Origin: a virus
Virus record (IMG/VR): IMGVR_UViG_3300037108_000012
Coordinates: 8,888-72,887 of that record
Strand: one strand, 5' to 3'
DNA length: 64,000 bases
Shown in pieces: positions 28,557 to 37,880 of the stretch. Every line of letters begins with the position of its first letter. The stretch's first letter is position 1. Under the pieces are notes generated by a model. That model was not told the origin of the DNA, made no database searches, and was given only the letters and a program-made list of their open reading frames with translations. A program made the translations under genes and the position numbers.

Positions 28557-29540
28557 ATGACAATCGCAGAAGTGTTGAAGCAATCCGGTTGGAGCCAAGA
28601 GCAAATTGATGCTCTTGACGCGAAAGCTCTAAATGGGCTTAACGGTTATGTAACGGGTGTACAAACAGAAGCGGAACAAAAGCATAAAGCGGCGGTAGAA
28701 GCGGCAGCGAAGGCCGAGGCGGATAGGAAAGCACAAGAGGAATTAACGACCGCAGCGAAGGCCGCACAGGATGCCGCAGAGCTTAACGTAAGGAACTACC
28801 AAGATTTTTGGAATAATGTTTATCCTGCGGCTAACGCAGAATCGGAAGCAGAGAAAGTAAGATTGGCGAAAGAAGCATCGGACGCAAAAGCTGAGGCTGC
28901 TTACTATAAAGCTCAAAGAGAAAGTTACCTTGGGACGCTGGGAATAGAACCATCCAACGCTCCAGTGTTTACCCCTCCCTCCTCTCCAGTAGTAGACCCA
29001 GTAAAGACTCCCGGAACTCCTACATTCTCAGAAGATGCTTTTATGAAGCGTGTGGATAAAGGTGTGTTTACCATTCAGGATATTGGCTGGAAGTATCAGC
29101 AACTTTATGGAACTCCGATTCCTATTTCTCCTAGCGACTTAGTGGCGAAGGCTGATGCGATTAAACTTAGCCCGATGGAGTATGCGGCTAGGACGTATCG
29201 TTTTGCGGAGAAGGAAGCTGAGCATCGTGCGGCGGAAGCAAAGAAGCATGATGACGAGATTGCAGCCGCAGCTAAGAGTGCTTCGGATGCTGACTGGAAG
29301 GCGAAGTTGGATGCTCGTGAGGCTGAGTTTGCAGCGAAAGATCGTCAAAGAGCCGAGCAAATGAGCAGCAATCCTGATACAAAGTTGCCTCCTGGGTCGG
29401 CAAAGTTTACAGAGTTGAAGCGGGCAGTAGCTCAGGGTGAGCGTCCTGATCCAACGAAGATGAGCGCAAATGAGCGCAGACAGTTGACCTTGAATAACAT
29501 CCACAAGGCAATTGAAGAGCGCGAATCAGTTGTAGCGTAG
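28557..29540 (+). CDS. capsid scaffolding protein
   Basis: Ala/Glu/Lys coiled-coil protein upstream of the MCP. Confidence 0.7.
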   Translation: MTIAEVLKQSGWSQEQIDALDAKALNGLNGYVTGVQTEAEQKHKAAVEAAAKAEADRKAQEELTTAAKAAQDAAELNVRNYQDFWNNVYPAANAESEAEKVRLAKEASDAKAEAAYYKAQRESYLGTLGIEPSNAPVFTPPSSPVVDPVKTPGTPTFSEDAFMKRVDKGVFTIQDIGWKYQQLYGTPIPISPSDLVAKADAIKLSPMEYAARTYRFAEKEAEHRAAEAKKHDDEIAAAAKSASDADWKAKLDAREAEFAAKDRQRAEQMSSNPDTKLPPGSAKFTELKRAVAQGERPDPTKMSANERRQLTLNNIHKAIEERESVVA

Positions 29541-29583
29541 TACCTAAGTTGCTAGTATAATAGGACTTAGGAGGAAACAAAGA

Positions 29584-30228
29584 ATGAAGCGTGACTACAA
29601 AATCGTAAAGAAGGACCGTGAAGGTCTTGATGCCGTCAGACGGCCTACAGCTATTGAAGTTGCGTGGGCCGCAGGTATCTACGAGGGCGAAGGAAGTTGC
29701 GTAACGAATCACAACGGAAAAGGCAGTATGTCATTTTCTGTTACGGTTGCACAGAAAGACCCGGAATTGCTTTACCGAATGCGCGATTTATTCGGTGGAA
29801 CAATAAGTCACTACGAGAGAATTTTTAATAAGAAAGTCTGTCCGATTTTTCATTGGAAGATTTGCGGTGACAGAGCAAGAACCTTTATTGGTGTCATCTA
29901 CCCATTTCTAACTGCGAGAAGGAAACAGCAAGTAGAAGCGACACCGGCAGGACATTTTATCGAACTTGCCCAAGATTTAATTCAATTTGATTTAACTCTT
30001 GGTAAGTCTCAAGTTTACGAAAGCCTTTGGAATAAGATTGACGAGTACGATGCACAACAACGTGTAAAAGCGCACGAACACAAAAATCAATACCAGAAAG
30101 AATACTGGGCTAAGCAATCTGCCGATCCAGAATACAGGGAACGGAAACGCCTCGCACAACAAGAACGCAGAAAAATCAAAAAGGAACAGTTACAAGCAGG
30201 AGTTATTAAGTTAGTAGCTGCTGCTTAA
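29584..30228 (+). CDS. free-standing LAGLIDADG homing endonuclease
   Basis: WAAGIYEGEGS, VAQKD, DLFGG, IYPFL..RRK.Q. Confidence 0.88.
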   Translation: MKRDYKIVKKDREGLDAVRRPTAIEVAWAAGIYEGEGSCVTNHNGKGSMSFSVTVAQKDPELLYRMRDLFGGTISHYERIFNKKVCPIFHWKICGDRARTFIGVIYPFLTARRKQQVEATPAGHFIELAQDLIQFDLTLGKSQVYESLWNKIDEYDAQQRVKAHEHKNQYQKEYWAKQSADPEYRERKRLAQQERRKIKKEQLQAGVIKLVAAA

Positions 30229-30245
30229 CTGAAAGGAACCCCATC

Positions 30246-31517
30246 ATGGCATTCACCCCGCAAGATCCACTGTTTAATGAGATCGATTCTACCAACCTGG
30301 AGAGCGTTCGGAAAGAATGTGTCTGGAATAATTTCTTTGTTGGAACTCCATTTCTCGAAGAGTTGCGCCGTTCCGGTGTAGCTGACCCGTATCTTGGTGG
30401 CGCAGGCATGACGGAAGTCTTCCTGTATGGTCGTCCACAGGGTGCTGGTGTTAACCCAGGCCAGACGATCACAGTGACTCGTCAGCAGATCACTGACAAG
30501 CTGAAGTTCTACGAGAAGGGATATGCTTCTTGGTTCCCGATGGATGATTGGGAAATGGACGATGGGTCCAAGCAGGGTGGTGTTATTAACTCTGGTCCTG
30601 CGCGGATTGCTGATCTGTACGCTATCTTTATGGAAGCGTTGGTCATGCAGATCAACACCATGCTCGAAATGGATAGTTTCCGTCACGGACAGGTATCGTC
30701 TTCGACAGTTTCCGATAACCGTTATAAGGTAAGTAATGGTTTGGACGAAGCATTGAATAACGGTATTGATACGTCAGTGTATGGAAACCGTTATACGTCC
30801 TACGGCTCTCAGGCCCGCAACGGTGCGGTTGGTGCTTCGATCAACGTGACTCCGCTGTATCTTGGACAGCAGGTAACGACTGGTACGACGGCGGCTCCTG
30901 CAACGAGTGGACCAGGACAGATTAATTTTGGCGCATTGATGCAGCTTTGGTCTCAGTGCAAGATCACTGGTGGCAAGCCTAAGTTAGGAATCACAAACGT
31001 ATTTGGATTCAAGGCAATTGCTGTGGCTTTGGATGCTTATCGAAGAGACATTTCCAATATCAAGCATGACATCACTTGGGATGCTCTGGACTTTAACGGT
31101 ACGCAGATTTATTCCGATCCTCTTTCTCCATCTGCACAGGCACAGTATTACATTCCTCTCGCATCAGGTGGAGCGTCTGGCAACACGAGCTTGGTTGACG
31201 GCGTAGGATCGAACACGGCAACGGTTGCTTACCAGACTCCTCAGTTCTTGAATGCGGCTGGTGGAAACTCTCTGTTGTCTCCAACGAACTCTGGATTGCC
31301 ATCGAACGCGATCATTCAGCCTTCAGAAGTTATTTACTTCTTGACTCCTGAGACGTTCAAGTTGCGGACGACTGACAAGCCCGGATGGAACTTTGGAGTG
31401 CGCAGAACTAGCCAATGGAATAACGTGAGCGTGGATACAATCTTCATGCGCTTGGCAACGAACCTATATTGCGCCCAGCCAAGGCAAAACGCACTAGGAT
31501 TCGGATTCACCGCCTAA
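30246..31517 (+). CDS. major capsid protein
   Basis: 423 aa after the scaffold; NGLDEAL and C-terminal C.QPRQN pattern; strong RBS; downstream hairpin. Confidence 0.8.
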   Translation: MAFTPQDPLFNEIDSTNLESVRKECVWNNFFVGTPFLEELRRSGVADPYLGGAGMTEVFLYGRPQGAGVNPGQTITVTRQQITDKLKFYEKGYASWFPMDDWEMDDGSKQGGVINSGPARIADLYAIFMEALVMQINTMLEMDSFRHGQVSSSTVSDNRYKVSNGLDEALNNGIDTSVYGNRYTSYGSQARNGAVGASINVTPLYLGQQVTTGTTAAPATSGPGQINFGALMQLWSQCKITGGKPKLGITNVFGFKAIAVALDAYRRDISNIKHDITWDALDFNGTQIYSDPLSPSAQAQYYIPLASGGASGNTSLVDGVGSNTATVAYQTPQFLNAAGGNSLLSPTNSGLPSNAIIQPSEVIYFLTPETFKLRTTDKPGWNFGVRRTSQWNNVSVDTIFMRLATNLYCAQPRQNALGFGFTA

Positions 31518-31524
31518 GATTAAC

Positions 31525-31556
31525 GCCTGACTGTTTGAGTAATTAGGCAGTCAGGC
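31525..31556 (+). terminator. stable hairpin after the MCP
   Basis: gcctgactgtttga-GTAA-ttaggcagtcaggc. Confidence 0.55.
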
Positions 31557-31600
31557 TGACAACAAGTTTGATTTCGAGAATGTAGTCAAGGAGATTTACG

Positions 31601-32446
31601 ATGCCACTTCAACAAGCATTGCCAACATTTGGTCCTCTTAACAACGTGAATAGCGTGTCGCAGTCAGGCGTGAGCGATCCGATCACTGGCCTCCAGTATG
31701 CGGGTGGTGGATTGAATCTTGGTGACTACTTCGATCTGACAGAGCAGGAAGCTAATCAACTGTCCTATCCGACAAATGGACTGTTGCACGCTGGTCGGTA
31801 TCGTTATGTGTATGTAGCATCGAACGCTACCGCTGCTAACGTCAAGGCTGGTACGGTTGGCTATATTCAACCAGGTCAGTTTGTCCAGAACATTGTGCAG
31901 CTTGTAGCTGGTTCCGGTATGACAGTAGGAACCTCTGTTACAGGAACCACATCAGGCGGTGGTGCTACGACTCAGGCAACATACCAAGTTGTTGTGCTGA
32001 CTGCAACGACTGTAGCAATCACATTGTTGACTCCGGGTGTTGGATTTACCTCACTCCCAACTGCAACGATTACTGGAACTGGCGGAACTCCTCCTACTCT
32101 TAATGTTCAGATGGGGTACGCAGTCAATCAAGTTACCAGCGCAGATATTGCGTCTTCAAATGGTGTGCTAGTTCGCCCTGTGGTGTTCTTGAACTCAATT
32201 ACACCGGGCAACTATGGATTTGTGCAGGAACTTGGAATTGCTACTGTGTTGGATGCTGCGACAGTACTTCAAACCGCAGGTACATTTGCTATCGCGGCTT
32301 CATCATCCCCAATTGGATTGATGACAACTTCGAGCACTACTTTCACCCAATACGCAATTGGATACGTCCTTGACGGAGTGGCCGTTACAAATACGGCAAT
32401 CACGCCATTCAAGGTTCTTCTTAACGGTCCAACGGTCCAAGACTAA
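31601..32446 (+). CDS. capsid decoration/cement-like protein
   Basis: RYRYVYV and PGNYGFVQ motifs; directly after the MCP. Confidence 0.6.
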   Translation: MPLQQALPTFGPLNNVNSVSQSGVSDPITGLQYAGGGLNLGDYFDLTEQEANQLSYPTNGLLHAGRYRYVYVASNATAANVKAGTVGYIQPGQFVQNIVQLVAGSGMTVGTSVTGTTSGGGATTQATYQVVVLTATTVAITLLTPGVGFTSLPTATITGTGGTPPTLNVQMGYAVNQVTSADIASSNGVLVRPVVFLNSITPGNYGFVQELGIATVLDAATVLQTAGTFAIAASSSPIGLMTTSSTTFTQYAIGYVLDGVAVTNTAITPFKVLLNGPTVQD

Positions 32447-32504
32447 TCATTAATGGATGGGGCGGTGAAATACCGCCCCGCAAGTTTTGCAGTAAGGAGA
32501 AATC

Positions 32505-33059
32505 ATGCTGATAACACTAATTCCTGGTTACCCAGATTTGATTGGTCGGAGATTCGCGTGGGTAGGGTACGGTAACGGACCTGCGTCTTATGTTTTAGGA
32601 GGCGATCCATCGCAACTCTCGCCTTCTCACACATACATTGATACGATTACGTCTGATGTGTTATCTCTTAGCGGAAACTACGCTGTTGTTCCTGCACAAA
32701 GTTCACCTGGAGTACGACCAACTTGGAAACTTAAGTGGGTCTATGCGGGTAATCAACTTGGCGTGGATGGTGTTAGTTCTTCGGGCGGTTCTGGAATGAC
32801 TGCTGGAACTTATGCGCTCACGTTCTCTACTGGAAACGCGACAGGTACTATCACGGTTTCGACTTCTGCTGTGACTGCTATTAATATAACATCGTCTGGT
32901 TCAGGGTATTTGTCTGTTCCCACAGTGAGCGCTGCCACTGGTGGAACTCCTCCAACGCTTACCGCAACGATTGGCATAGTAAACGGTATTGAAGTTCCAG
33001 CAGGAACCAACCTATCGGCTGAAACTATACAGCTTGCAGGTTTTGGTGGTGAATACTAA
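32505..33059 (+). CDS. virion structural protein
   Basis: GPASY..GG and EVPAGTNLS motifs typical of head-associated proteins; Gly/Thr insert. Confidence 0.6.
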   Translation: MLITLIPGYPDLIGRRFAWVGYGNGPASYVLGGDPSQLSPSHTYIDTITSDVLSLSGNYAVVPAQSSPGVRPTWKLKWVYAGNQLGVDGVSSSGGSGMTAGTYALTFSTGNATGTITVSTSAVTAINITSSGSGYLSVPTVSAATGGTPPTLTATIGIVNGIEVPAGTNLSAETIQLAGFGGEY

Positions 33060-33198
33060 GTTTTAACACAAGGTCTGATTCTATCCTCTCCCGGTGGACA
33101 GACACTTACGCCCTCTGTGGTCCCGGAAGGGTAATCGCAGGGGGCGTTTTCGGTAAGACAAGGATTTTGAGAAGTACCAAACGAAAAGGAGAAACACA

Positions 33199-33369
33199 AT
33201 GCCCACGAAATCTAAGATTCACAAGACACCATCGCCAAGCCACGCAAAGCACACAGTGAAGGCCAACCACCATATCAAAGGTCATTCGACGATCCATGTT
33301 CACAAAGGAACAGGAAAAGTGAAGGTTGGTGGCAAGAAGGCTACGAGTAAGAATACGGTACTCAAGTAA
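33199..33369 (+). CDS. 56-aa Lys/His-rich basic mini-protein (not in ORF track)
   Basis: MPTKSKIHK...KVKVGGKKATSKNTVLK; AAGGAG RBS. Confidence 0.7.
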   Translation: MPTKSKIHKTPSPSHAKHTVKANHHIKGHSTIHVHKGTGKVKVGGKKATSKNTVLK

Positions 33370-33378
33370 CTAGGAGCA

Positions 33379-33561
33379 ATGATGGCGACCAAGAGCACCT
33401 ACAACACGTATGGCGGAGGTTCTGCTGCGAAAATTACGACGACAAATTATGTCGTTGGCGGAACCAAAGCATCAGGCGAAATTGATCTCGCTAGGAAGAC
33501 TAACGAGGAGTTCCCGAAGTATTACAGACAGGGAGTTCCAGCCAACGAAAAAGAAGATTAG
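33379..33561 (+). CDS. hypothetical small protein
   Basis: AGGAG RBS, 60 aa. Confidence 0.6.
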   Translation: MMATKSTYNTYGGGSAAKITTTNYVVGGTKASGEIDLARKTNEEFPKYYRQGVPANEKED

Positions 33562-33574
33562 GACGGAGGAAAAC

Positions 33575-33823
33575 ATGGCAACCAAAAAGAAAGCAACAAA
33601 GAGTAAGGCATGGATGGATGATGGGGATGACGCGCATTTTCCTGATAATCCAGCGGTAGCTCATAAGGTTCACAACCGCAAGAAGAATGGGAAGAAACAC
33701 GCCACGGTCAAGGGTGGTACAGAGGGTAGCAAGAAGATTGTTGGCGGATTGGCAAAGGTTGTGATTGCAGCGAAGAAACCAGCGAACCACAAGAAGACGC
33801 ATAAACGCGTTGCAGGCAAGTAG
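33575..33823 (+). CDS. 82-aa basic protein ending KRVAGK
   Basis: GGAGG RBS; MATKKKATK...HKRVAGK. Confidence 0.7.
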   Translation: MATKKKATKSKAWMDDGDDAHFPDNPAVAHKVHNRKKNGKKHATVKGGTEGSKKIVGGLAKVVIAAKKPANHKKTHKRVAGK

Positions 33824-33836
33824 GGAGCAATGAGAC

Positions 33837-34307
33837 GTGGAGTTTGAGCATATTACACCTGCTGAATGGGCTTACTTCGCTGGCATTATAGATGGCGAGG
33901 GATGTATAAATATCCACGCCCAAAAATCAAGAAAAGGAGAAAAAGTATTTGTATATTACACCCTTTTCTTGGTTGTGGGTAACACATCATACTCAATGCT
34001 TAAATGGTTGCATGATAGATTTGGAGGAAGTTTCGTCCCAAGAGGAAATACTGTAACTCAAAAACAGATATGGCATTGGGGTGTGGCGTCTCAACAAGCA
34101 GAGAATCTGCTCAGGAATATATTGCCATATCTTGTTGCTAAAGTGGATCAAGCTGAATTGGCTCTTCAATTCCGCGACTCCTACAAAGGTCTAAAACCAT
34201 GTGGGAGGAGACCACTTCCGATAGAAATATCTGAATTTCGAGGAAAATGCAAAATTGAATTAAGCAGAATAAAGAATCCAAACGAATCGAAGGAGGATGT
34301 AGCGTGA
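33837..34307 (+). CDS. free-standing LAGLIDADG homing endonuclease
   Basis: AYFAGIIDGEGCI, RFGG, ILPYL..K..QA. Confidence 0.9.
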   Translation: MEFEHITPAEWAYFAGIIDGEGCINIHAQKSRKGEKVFVYYTLFLVVGNTSYSMLKWLHDRFGGSFVPRGNTVTQKQIWHWGVASQQAENLLRNILPYLVAKVDQAELALQFRDSYKGLKPCGRRPLPIEISEFRGKCKIELSRIKNPNESKEDVA

Positions 34308-35542
34308 GCTTCCAGACGATGATCCAAGATGTATTAGGAACATTCTCAGGCATGAACCGTGGGCTTGCCGCTACGCGGATCAATGAAGCGTACACGAAGA
34401 TACAGATGGAGAACGTCTGGTCGTTCCAAAACATCACAGGGGGTTGGTTAACGCCTTCGCTTCTTGGTGGACTAAACGCCGGAACGAATTTCTTGAGTCC
34501 GGGAACAATTACAGTAACCCCATTCACGAACACTATTACAGGTGATGCAGTAGCGACGGCGGCATGGACGCAAACTGTTCCTTTCCCTCCGCTGTTGACG
34601 CAGATGCAGATTCGTGTTCCTTCGTACTCGCTTTACAATATCATCGAGCTAGGAAACAACGGGACAGTGGCCTATGCGACAGTGTTGACTCCCGGTTCTG
34701 GACAGAACCCCGGTACATATACTGTGCCAGTCCTTGACCCTTCTGTGGGAACGGGAGGAACAGTTTTAATTACAGTCAATGCGAATGGGACTATAACTAT
34801 TCCCCCTATTACCTTGACCGCAGGAACTGGTTATACAACTCCGTACATCACATTCTCTCAGGGTGGAACGCCTGCGACATTCTCTATCTCTTTGATTGCG
34901 ACTTTAACGATTGACAGATTGTGGACAGAACCTCCTCAGTGGAACGGACAATATTGCGTGTACCAGGCTTATTATCCTTGTCCTGTTGGATTCCGTAAAT
35001 GGATGGATATTCGCGATACGCAAAATAATGAGCAGATGGACTGGTGGAGTTGGACGCAGATCGACCTCTCCGTAGAAGACGCCCAGCGCGAAATATTCGA
35101 TCAGCCAACTGCCGTAGTTCCGTATGGAACTGATACGAGGCCAGGAAGCGCAACATATGGTCAGCTTTTGGTGGAATTATGGCCGCACCCAATTTCGATT
35201 TTAAGCTACACATTCCAATGCCAATGCAACTTACCACCGCTAGTAAATCCGAACGACACGATTGCTTATCCTTTAAGTGAAGAATTGGTAAGACAAAGGA
35301 CTTACGAAATGTGCTGTCTTTGGAAGGAAGGTTCCAAAGGCGACGATATGGAACGCGGGTCTGGCGCAAACTGGCAGTTTTTGGCAAAGGCCTATCACGA
35401 AGAGTATAAGGATTTGTTGAGACAAGCACGTATCGCGGATAGAAATTTGATGGAACTTTACTTCACCAAGGCCCGCATGAACGCTCCGTGTGACGGGCAA
35501 CCAGATTCATACACAGGGAACCAAGCCAACGTAGGTTGGTAG
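34304..35542 (+). CDS. head-tail adaptor-like structural protein
   Basis: INEAY..I...W.F N-terminus, ELWP.P, helical C-terminus. Confidence 0.6.
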   Translation: MSFQTMIQDVLGTFSGMNRGLAATRINEAYTKIQMENVWSFQNITGGWLTPSLLGGLNAGTNFLSPGTITVTPFTNTITGDAVATAAWTQTVPFPPLLTQMQIRVPSYSLYNIIELGNNGTVAYATVLTPGSGQNPGTYTVPVLDPSVGTGGTVLITVNANGTITIPPITLTAGTGYTTPYITFSQGGTPATFSISLIATLTIDRLWTEPPQWNGQYCVYQAYYPCPVGFRKWMDIRDTQNNEQMDWWSWTQIDLSVEDAQREIFDQPTAVVPYGTDTRPGSATYGQLLVELWPHPISILSYTFQCQCNLPPLVNPNDTIAYPLSEELVRQRTYEMCCLWKEGSKGDDMERGSGANWQFLAKAYHEEYKDLLRQARIADRNLMELYFTKARMNAPCDGQPDSYTGNQANVGW

Positions 35543-35553
35543 GAGGAAACAAA

Positions 35554-35940
35554 ATGGCACAATATTCAGGTCCAGGAACAGCGACGTTAATACGCCAAGG
35601 AGAACAGAAATACTTATTCCTCAACGATACTGTATTTGTTGGGGAGTCTAGTTTGGCCTATATGATTGAGCGTAATCCGGGAATTTTCTATCCGTGGGGA
35701 ATGTCGTTTGATATGGCGTTTAGCGGAGCACCAGGGACGTTTGAGATTGATATTCAAACTGCGGATATAGACCAAGATTCTCACTATGTGACGCTCAACA
35801 GTTTGACGACGGGGAGTTTGAATACTTCGAATGTTGGAAGGGTTGAGTTGCCTAATTTCTGGGCGAAGTATGTTCGTGTAAAGGTAGTATCCTTTGCGAA
35901 TTATGCAACGGTAAATTTGACAGTTTTGTTGACGAGGTAG
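35554..35940 (+). CDS. virion structural protein
   Basis: beta-rich, ends YVRVKV; AGGAGG RBS. Confidence 0.55.
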   Translation: MAQYSGPGTATLIRQGEQKYLFLNDTVFVGESSLAYMIERNPGIFYPWGMSFDMAFSGAPGTFEIDIQTADIDQDSHYVTLNSLTTGSLNTSNVGRVELPNFWAKYVRVKVVSFANYATVNLTVLLTR

Positions 35941-35944
35941 GACA

Positions 35945-37861
35945 ATGAAAAGGATTTTTGTTTTTCTTTCGACGATACTAATGTTTGGTGCTGCGTCTTT
36001 GGCATTAAACGGGCAGACTGTTGTCGGAAACTTTATAGCGACTTCTTTTTCATCTGGGAGTGTTCTTCCATCTACATGTTACGGAAGTTCTGTGTTTACG
36101 CTGACTACGACATGGCTCCCGTATTATTGCAATGGTGGAGTTTATGTAGCGTTTGGGACTGGAGCACCAGCAACTACTGCTGCAAATTTAACTAATGGTT
36201 CTGTAGGAGCACAGCCCTATCAGACCGCAGCCAGCACAACAGCATTTGTCTATCCAGCTACCGATCTTCAGATGCTTACGCTGGACTTGAACCGCACAGA
36301 TAGTTATACGGAAGATGGTACGATTGAGCGCCCATACAAAAACCTTCCTACTTTGGTTATACCAAGTACAGGGTTAGCTTCGATCTTTGCGAGTCCTAAT
36401 GCCTCTTATTCCACGTCAACAGCGACAACTCTTCCTGCTATCCCGCTCACGATTTACGGTAATAACTCTACGTGGACTTTCTCTGGTGGGCTGACAGTCA
36501 ACTCTCTTCCGACTACGATCTACGACCTTAATACTGTGGGAAATACGACTTACTCAACCTGCGGAAGCACAATTCGTAGCGAGCGACATGGGGGTAGTTA
36601 TAGCGGTGGAAACATAACCCTAGGCGCGGGCTGCTACACGCATTTCTACGGCGTGAATCTGAGCGGGAACAGCTACAACCTTACAGCAAACGGGCTGCTT
36701 TACGGCGAAGCACTAACCGGCAGTATGGGAATTAAGTCTGAAGGGTCAAGCGCAGTCCTTGCGCTTTATAACCCAAACATAACGAAGACAAGCGGCTACA
36801 ACATTGACATGACTTCAGGGGGGCAGCTACTTTTTAACGGTGGGATTCTGAATACAGTAGCGGGAACCGCAAACGTCTACCTACCAGTCGCCAATACCTC
36901 ATCTACGGCACACTTGATTTCAGGTTTGATTACCGGAACGGGAAATGGCGTAAACTGCGTCAACGGTACAACTACCTACGTTGTTTACGGGTTCAATCTC
37001 GCGCCGATTACGAACTGCACTTTAGTTCCCGGCTATCAGGGATCGACTAATTTTCTTGGGCCAGTTACTGCAAACTCGGTTACGTCCTCTACGGCAACGC
37101 AACTCACTGTTCAGTCCGGGACGACCGGCGCGGCAACCTTCGATAGTGGCACAACTGGTGCGGTCAACATAGCAACAGGAGCAGGCTCAAAAGTCGCCAC
37201 GCTTGGGAACTCGTCTAATAGCTCCACTCAGATTTTAGGGTCGTATGTGTACATAGGAAGTGGTCAGACGTCTGGTTCGATAAACATTGGAGGGAGCGCG
37301 GCTGCGACCGGAGGAGTTAACATTGCTCCTGGAACGGGGGCGCAAACTGTTTCTATCGCAACCACAGCGACAGGCGTAAAAACCGTAAATGTCGGCAATA
37401 CGGTAAGTGGCTCAAAGGTCAACATAGCCGGTGAAATCGATGGTGTAGCGGCGGGAGCGGGGTACGTCGGGGAAGTTTTGTCATCCTGCATCGTGCGTGG
37501 CAGTGGCACGGCGCTGACTTCGGCATCCACCATCAACTTTCTTACGCTATCGTTAACGGCTGGCGATTGGGACGTGATGGGAAACGTGAATCTTGTTGGG
37601 GCGGCATTAACAGCATCCAATGGAAACTTTGCTAACAGCATCACCACTACGAGCGCAACAGTTAGCTCAGATGGTTCTGAGGTTCTTGCACCCACTTTGA
37701 CCATGACGACGTGGACGGGATACAACTCAGTTGTGCTCCCCCGCAAGGTGGTCAACGTCTCGGCAACGACTTCCACTTATTTGGTAGTCAACTTTCAAGG
37801 CACCATCACATCTGGCACAGGCACGTTGTGGGGCTGCATGACGGCGCGTAGAGTTCACTAA
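35945..37861 (+). CDS. tail fibre-like protein with Sec signal peptide
   Basis: MKRIFVFLSTILMFGAASLALNG-Q; DGTIERPYK; C-terminal GYVGE...LTAGDWDV...ARRV fibre-tip domain. Confidence 0.7.
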   Translation: MKRIFVFLSTILMFGAASLALNGQTVVGNFIATSFSSGSVLPSTCYGSSVFTLTTTWLPYYCNGGVYVAFGTGAPATTAANLTNGSVGAQPYQTAASTTAFVYPATDLQMLTLDLNRTDSYTEDGTIERPYKNLPTLVIPSTGLASIFASPNASYSTSTATTLPAIPLTIYGNNSTWTFSGGLTVNSLPTTIYDLNTVGNTTYSTCGSTIRSERHGGSYSGGNITLGAGCYTHFYGVNLSGNSYNLTANGLLYGEALTGSMGIKSEGSSAVLALYNPNITKTSGYNIDMTSGGQLLFNGGILNTVAGTANVYLPVANTSSTAHLISGLITGTGNGVNCVNGTTTYVVYGFNLAPITNCTLVPGYQGSTNFLGPVTANSVTSSTATQLTVQSGTTGAATFDSGTTGAVNIATGAGSKVATLGNSSNSSTQILGSYVYIGSGQTSGSINIGGSAAATGGVNIAPGTGAQTVSIATTATGVKTVNVGNTVSGSKVNIAGEIDGVAAGAGYVGEVLSSCIVRGSGTALTSASTINFLTLSLTAGDWDVMGNVNLVGAALTASNGNFANSITTTSATVSSDGSEVLAPTLTMTTWTGYNSVVLPRKVVNVSATTSTYLVVNFQGTITSGTGTLWGCMTARRVH

Positions 37862-37880
37862 GGACATAGGAGAGAACAGA

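Noticed and set aside
29541-34307. Group I introns around the LAGLIDADG genes
   Set aside because: The flanking genes are uninterrupted and the short intergenic spaces leave no room for intron cores
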